Below are positions 16,821-19,735 of a stretch of DNA of 19,735 nt, piece after piece. The first letter of the stretch is position 1. Each line of letters begins with the position of its first letter. Where the stretch lies: contig CAZPWM010000020.1 of assembly GCA_964590575.1 (NCBI GenBank), positions 17,977 through 37,711 of the forward strand, in the 5' to 3' direction. The DNA is from an uncultured archaeon (lineage in GTDB: Archaea; Asgardarchaeota; Thorarchaeia; Thorarchaeales; Thorarchaeaceae). Position numbers and translations under genes: made by a program. Below the pieces are notes generated by a model. It made no database searches and was not told the origin of the DNA. It saw only the letters and a program-made list of their open reading frames with translations.

Positions 16821-18778
16821 CCTGTCAAACCCTCCTGCATCTTCACGAATTGACTAATGGCAAAACTGAGTTCCTCAATGTCCCTGTACGGCCAGACATC
16901 TGACACGATATCATCGCCGAATACTTTCAGATGTTTGAGGAATCGATTGTCCAGTAGAACTACAACTCCTGTGTCTGTTGGAGACCTTCGAAGTCTTCCA
17001 ACCAACTGTGCAACTTGACGAATTGAGGGAATCACTGCAGAATAATAGTAACCAGTCCCACTACCAAACCGAGAATCATACCATCGCTGAAGTGCAACCT
17101 GATAACTCGTGGGCGGACTGAATGGAACTCCAATACCGATAATCAAATCGATCATACTTGAACCGTCACTCACAAGGTCGATTCCCTCTGAGAACTTGCC
17201 CCCGTATACACAGAATACCGCTTGCGGTCTGTCTGAAATCGCTTCAGCGAGGGTTTCAATGCGTTCTGTTCTGGTTTCAATCAGGGTCTCTCGAAATCCA
17301 GTATCAATTGAATAGCTCATAACCTCGTGAAGCATCTTGTAACTTGGAAATGCGATTAATGCACTCTTGTTCGCTGGCATCGTTGTCAATGCTGCTGTAA
17401 TTCTGTCTACAATACTGCGCCAGAGGTCAGGTCCCCGAAGCTGGTACTTAGTGTTCAGAATCTTATCAACGAGCACCAACCTAGTTCCTCGTGGATAAGG
17501 GCTTGTTAGGTCTTCGGCAACCGCTCCTGATACTCCGAGAAGTCGAGAATAGTAATCGAGAGGTCTCAATGTTCCAGACATCAAGACAGCAGATCTTGCA
17601 CTCCTAAGAATTGGTGCTGTGAGCCCAGAGGAGTTCAGTGGCTGAATCATGAGTACGGATTTCGAAGCTGGTAGATCTTCTCTCCAGGATTTTTGATTCT
17701 GCAATGTGACGTGCCACCCCTCACTCTTCGATGCTCTCTGTGAGGTATATAGAAACTCAATGAGCCGGTCTAGTGGGGTTTCAATCAAACCTGCATTCTC
17801 AGGGTCTCCTAAACCAGGTCTCCCTGCGCTGTGTAGTAGTTCGAGGTCTTCCTCCTTGACAAATCGAGGTGCCACATCCCATTTATCAAGAACCCGTTCA
17901 GTGCGATTGTGCATTCTATCTAGATTGACCATCATGGTTTCCCAGAGGAAATCGATGACCTCGCGAATCCATTTGAGTCCGGTTTCTTTTGTGACCAGTT
18001 GATGGTTCTCTTTTAACCATCTCAAGTCCTCATTGCTAAGCTGAGAGGTTTCTGCGTCAAGGACATGGCTTGAGAGGTTATGTGCTTCATCAACAAGAAG
18101 ATCCACCTCTGGGAGTGAGAGTCCAAGGGACGCTAGCAGTGCATCACGAACTCGCGATTTGAATATGTAACTATACGGCCCAATTATTACACGACTACTC
18201 CTAGCGCACCAGCGCATCATCTCATATGGACAGACACCTTCATCAGCTGCCCTTTCCTCAACTCTTTCTCTTGTAACGACTCCTGTATTCAGTAAATCAT
18301 CAACAGCTTCTCGGAGAACAGCACGGATTGTGATTCTGCCATCTCCTTTGTTTTTTTCGTAGAAGTTCCAATAATGATGGCAGGAACCTGTTCGGATCAT
18401 CTGAGCACAGGCTCGCATGAATCCTGTTGAACTTAGAGCCTCCATCTGGTGGCGGATTGGACAGACGTGAACTCTCGAGACCATGGTCGTAGCTGTTAGG
18501 TCCGGTTTGACTGAGCGAAGAACATCCAGTTCGCTCTCAAAGACCTTAGACTGCGAATGAGTCCTAGTGAGGGCGAATAGTCTGGATGTATTGTCAAGAC
18601 CTCGAGCAGCTAAGTACCCTGACAGGACTGCAATGGTCTTTCCAACCCCACAGTCAGCTGAAAGCATCCCCACAGTCTTTCTTGAATAAGCATCTACTGC
18701 GAGACTGACAGCTTTCTCCTGATGCTGTCTAGGAGAATATGGAAAGAACTCCATTGTGTCAGTCGTCGCAGTACTCAA
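16817..18778 (-). CDS. Fe-S cluster XPD/Rad3/DinG-family 5'-3' DNA helicase
   Basis: FPYSPRQHQ Q motif, ADCGVGKT, TRTHSQ, four Fe-S cysteines (C106, C124, C133, C183; VCPYE), LLVDEAHNL, LMSGTL, FPSY, GKFSEGID, QLVGRLRR and VLLDNRF. The TTG start abuts the upstream stop and has a GGAGGGAG RBS. Confidence 0.92.
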   Translation of the reverse strand: MSTATTDTMEFFPYSPRQHQEKAVSLAVDAYSRKTVGMLSADCGVGKTIAVLSGYLAARGLDNTSRLFALTRTHSQSKVFESELDVLRSVKPDLTATTMVSRVHVCPIRHQMEALSSTGFMRACAQMIRTGSCHHYWNFYEKNKGDGRITIRAVLREAVDDLLNTGVVTRERVEERAADEGVCPYEMMRWCARSSRVIIGPYSYIFKSRVRDALLASLGLSLPEVDLLVDEAHNLSSHVLDAETSQLSNEDLRWLKENHQLVTKETGLKWIREVIDFLWETMMVNLDRMHNRTERVLDKWDVAPRFVKEEDLELLHSAGRPGLGDPENAGLIETPLDRLIEFLYTSQRASKSEGWHVTLQNQKSWREDLPASKSVLMIQPLNSSGLTAPILRSARSAVLMSGTLRPLDYYSRLLGVSGAVAEDLTSPYPRGTRLVLVDKILNTKYQLRGPDLWRSIVDRITAALTTMPANKSALIAFPSYKMLHEVMSYSIDTGFRETLIETRTERIETLAEAISDRPQAVFCVYGGKFSEGIDLVSDGSSMIDLIIGIGVPFSPPTSYQVALQRWYDSRFGSGTGYYYSAVIPSIRQVAQLVGRLRRSPTDTGVVVLLDNRFLKHLKVFGDDIVSDVWPYRDIEELSFAISQFVKMQEGLTG

Positions 18779-19402
18779 TCAGTCTCCCTCCACTCGTAAT
18801 CGCGCTTCTGCTCGATAGACTCTGAACTTCAGGGAGAAGTATTTGTGCAGCACTTGCTGGAATCTCATCATGAGTTCTGGCGAACTGAATCCGGTCTCTT
18901 TCCTTGCCATTCTTTCAACTATAGCTGGACTGAATCCTCTCTGACGCGCAGCCTTCCAAAACCAAAGTTCAACCTCCTTCATTGTCGAGAGCAAATGGGA
19001 AAGTGATTCCTCAATGATTGACATCAGTTCCTGTACTGCGTTCTTCGGGTCTTGAGGAAGTCTAGAGACCCTGATTCCAGTTGGTAGATAGACTGCCACT
19101 CCCTCTGTACTGTCTAATTTGACCTCTGTGGGAACTCCTTTGGTCCCTCGAAGGGTTTCAAGTAGCGAGAGAATCTTTGGTAATTGGTGAAGTACTGGTT
19201 TCTCCAGGTCGGGGTCTCTCCAGTCTACTCGTGTGACAACATAGAGTTCGGGGTCCGGTCCCCTTACCCGTTCCAACACCGTGATCCTATGCGAAGTTTC
19301 TCTTAGTAGGAGGTTCACTAGGTTGATCATCGAACTCCCTGGAATGCTTGGGGGTGTCGTGGGAACCCACGTTGGCTGATTGGGATTGTGAGTGCTAGAC
19401 AT
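18779..19402 (-). CDS. Hypothetical soluble protein
   Basis: 207 aa, ATG with GGAGG, 8-nt overlap with the upstream gene, Pro-rich N-terminus. No family recognised. Confidence 0.75.
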   Translation of the reverse strand: MSSTHNPNQPTWVPTTPPSIPGSSMINLVNLLLRETSHRITVLERVRGPDPELYVVTRVDWRDPDLEKPVLHQLPKILSLLETLRGTKGVPTEVKLDSTEGVAVYLPTGIRVSRLPQDPKNAVQELMSIIEESLSHLLSTMKEVELWFWKAARQRGFSPAIVERMARKETGFSSPELMMRFQQVLHKYFSLKFRVYRAEARLRVEGD

Positions 19403-19735
19403 CTGTCCAAGCCTCCTTTGTCAAGGATATAGCGACTCCATCATTGTGGATTGCTCCTTCCGACTCGAGTGTGTCTAGAAACTTTGTTGCACGCCCTAGA
19501 TCTATACCCGCCTCACTACATTCTCTCATTACATTCTCAATGGAAACAGACCGTCCTCTATTCATATCAATCAATGATTCGAAAATATTGAATACTCGTT
19601 TCTTTAGTCCAAGTCCTCGACCATTTCCTCCCTGTCTAACTTTGGAGATCTGCGACTCGATGGTGAGTTCACGAACACTTGACTGAGCTTCTTGAACCGT
19701 TACAGCATACACTGTCCCACTCTCATGCAGAACGA
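19395..19735 (-). CDS. C-terminal part of a protein ending in an MCM-type winged-helix domain (5' end beyond the window)
   Basis: The frame stays open upstream of GTG 19712 to the window edge (..VLHESGTVYAV). VTVQEAQSSVREL resembles the MCM lid VTxEDAxxAIRL. VFNIFESL...VSIENVMRECSEAGID...KFLDTLESEGAI resembles the archaeal MCM C-terminal WH. Confidence 0.6.
   Translation of the reverse strand, partial: VLHESGTVYAVTVQEAQSSVRELTIESQISKVRQGGNGRGLGLKKRVFNIFESLIDMNRGRSVSIENVMRECSEAGIDLGRATKFLDTLESEGAIHNDGVAISLTKEAWTDV

Noticed and set aside
16817-18778. CasDinG/type IV CRISPR association
   Set aside because: No repeat-spacer array or cas genes are seen in the window, and the protein has the XPD-type Fe-S cysteines.
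6832-19686. Numerous plus-strand ORFs (e.g. 9169-9750, 10463-10936, 14036-14488) and short alternative-frame minus ORFs
   Set aside because: They lie entirely within motif-bearing operon genes and have Ser/Ile/Arg-rich antisense-type composition.

Overview
This is an archaeal window, judged from its FEN1, Hel308, XPD, RadB-type and Lrp-type proteins, GGAGG/GGTG ribosome-binding sites and TATA-like promoters. The gene content suggests an Asgard (Thorarchaeia-like) genome, but that is inference only. The left part (1-6387) holds a secreted protein of more than 929 aa with prenyltransferase/squalene-cyclase-type repeats, which is missing from the ORF track because it runs off the window. It also holds a ~110-nt intergenic long-range stem, a membrane protein resembling an inactivated zinc metalloprotease, a HEAT-like protein and a large tandem Lrp/wHTH-type regulator. 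The right part (6390-19735) is one minus-strand operon of at least 12 genes, nearly all overlapping or abutting. It interleaves DNA recombination/repair enzymes with four membrane-anchored proteins. The enzymes are an MCM-like C-terminus, an Fe-S XPD/Rad3 helicase, a Hel308/HELQ-type helicase carrying an inserted SWIM zinc finger, two RadB/Rad51-paralog-like proteins (one lacking Walker A) and a divergent FEN1/XPG nuclease with a PIP box. The membrane proteins include a catalytically degenerate HerA/VirB4-like ATPase and a free-standing paralog of its N-terminal domain. This operon is the best candidate for an undescribed system: a membrane-tethered DNA processing or homologous recombination machine, possibly coupled to DNA import or exchange. 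All assignments are by-eye motif recognition; no searches were run.
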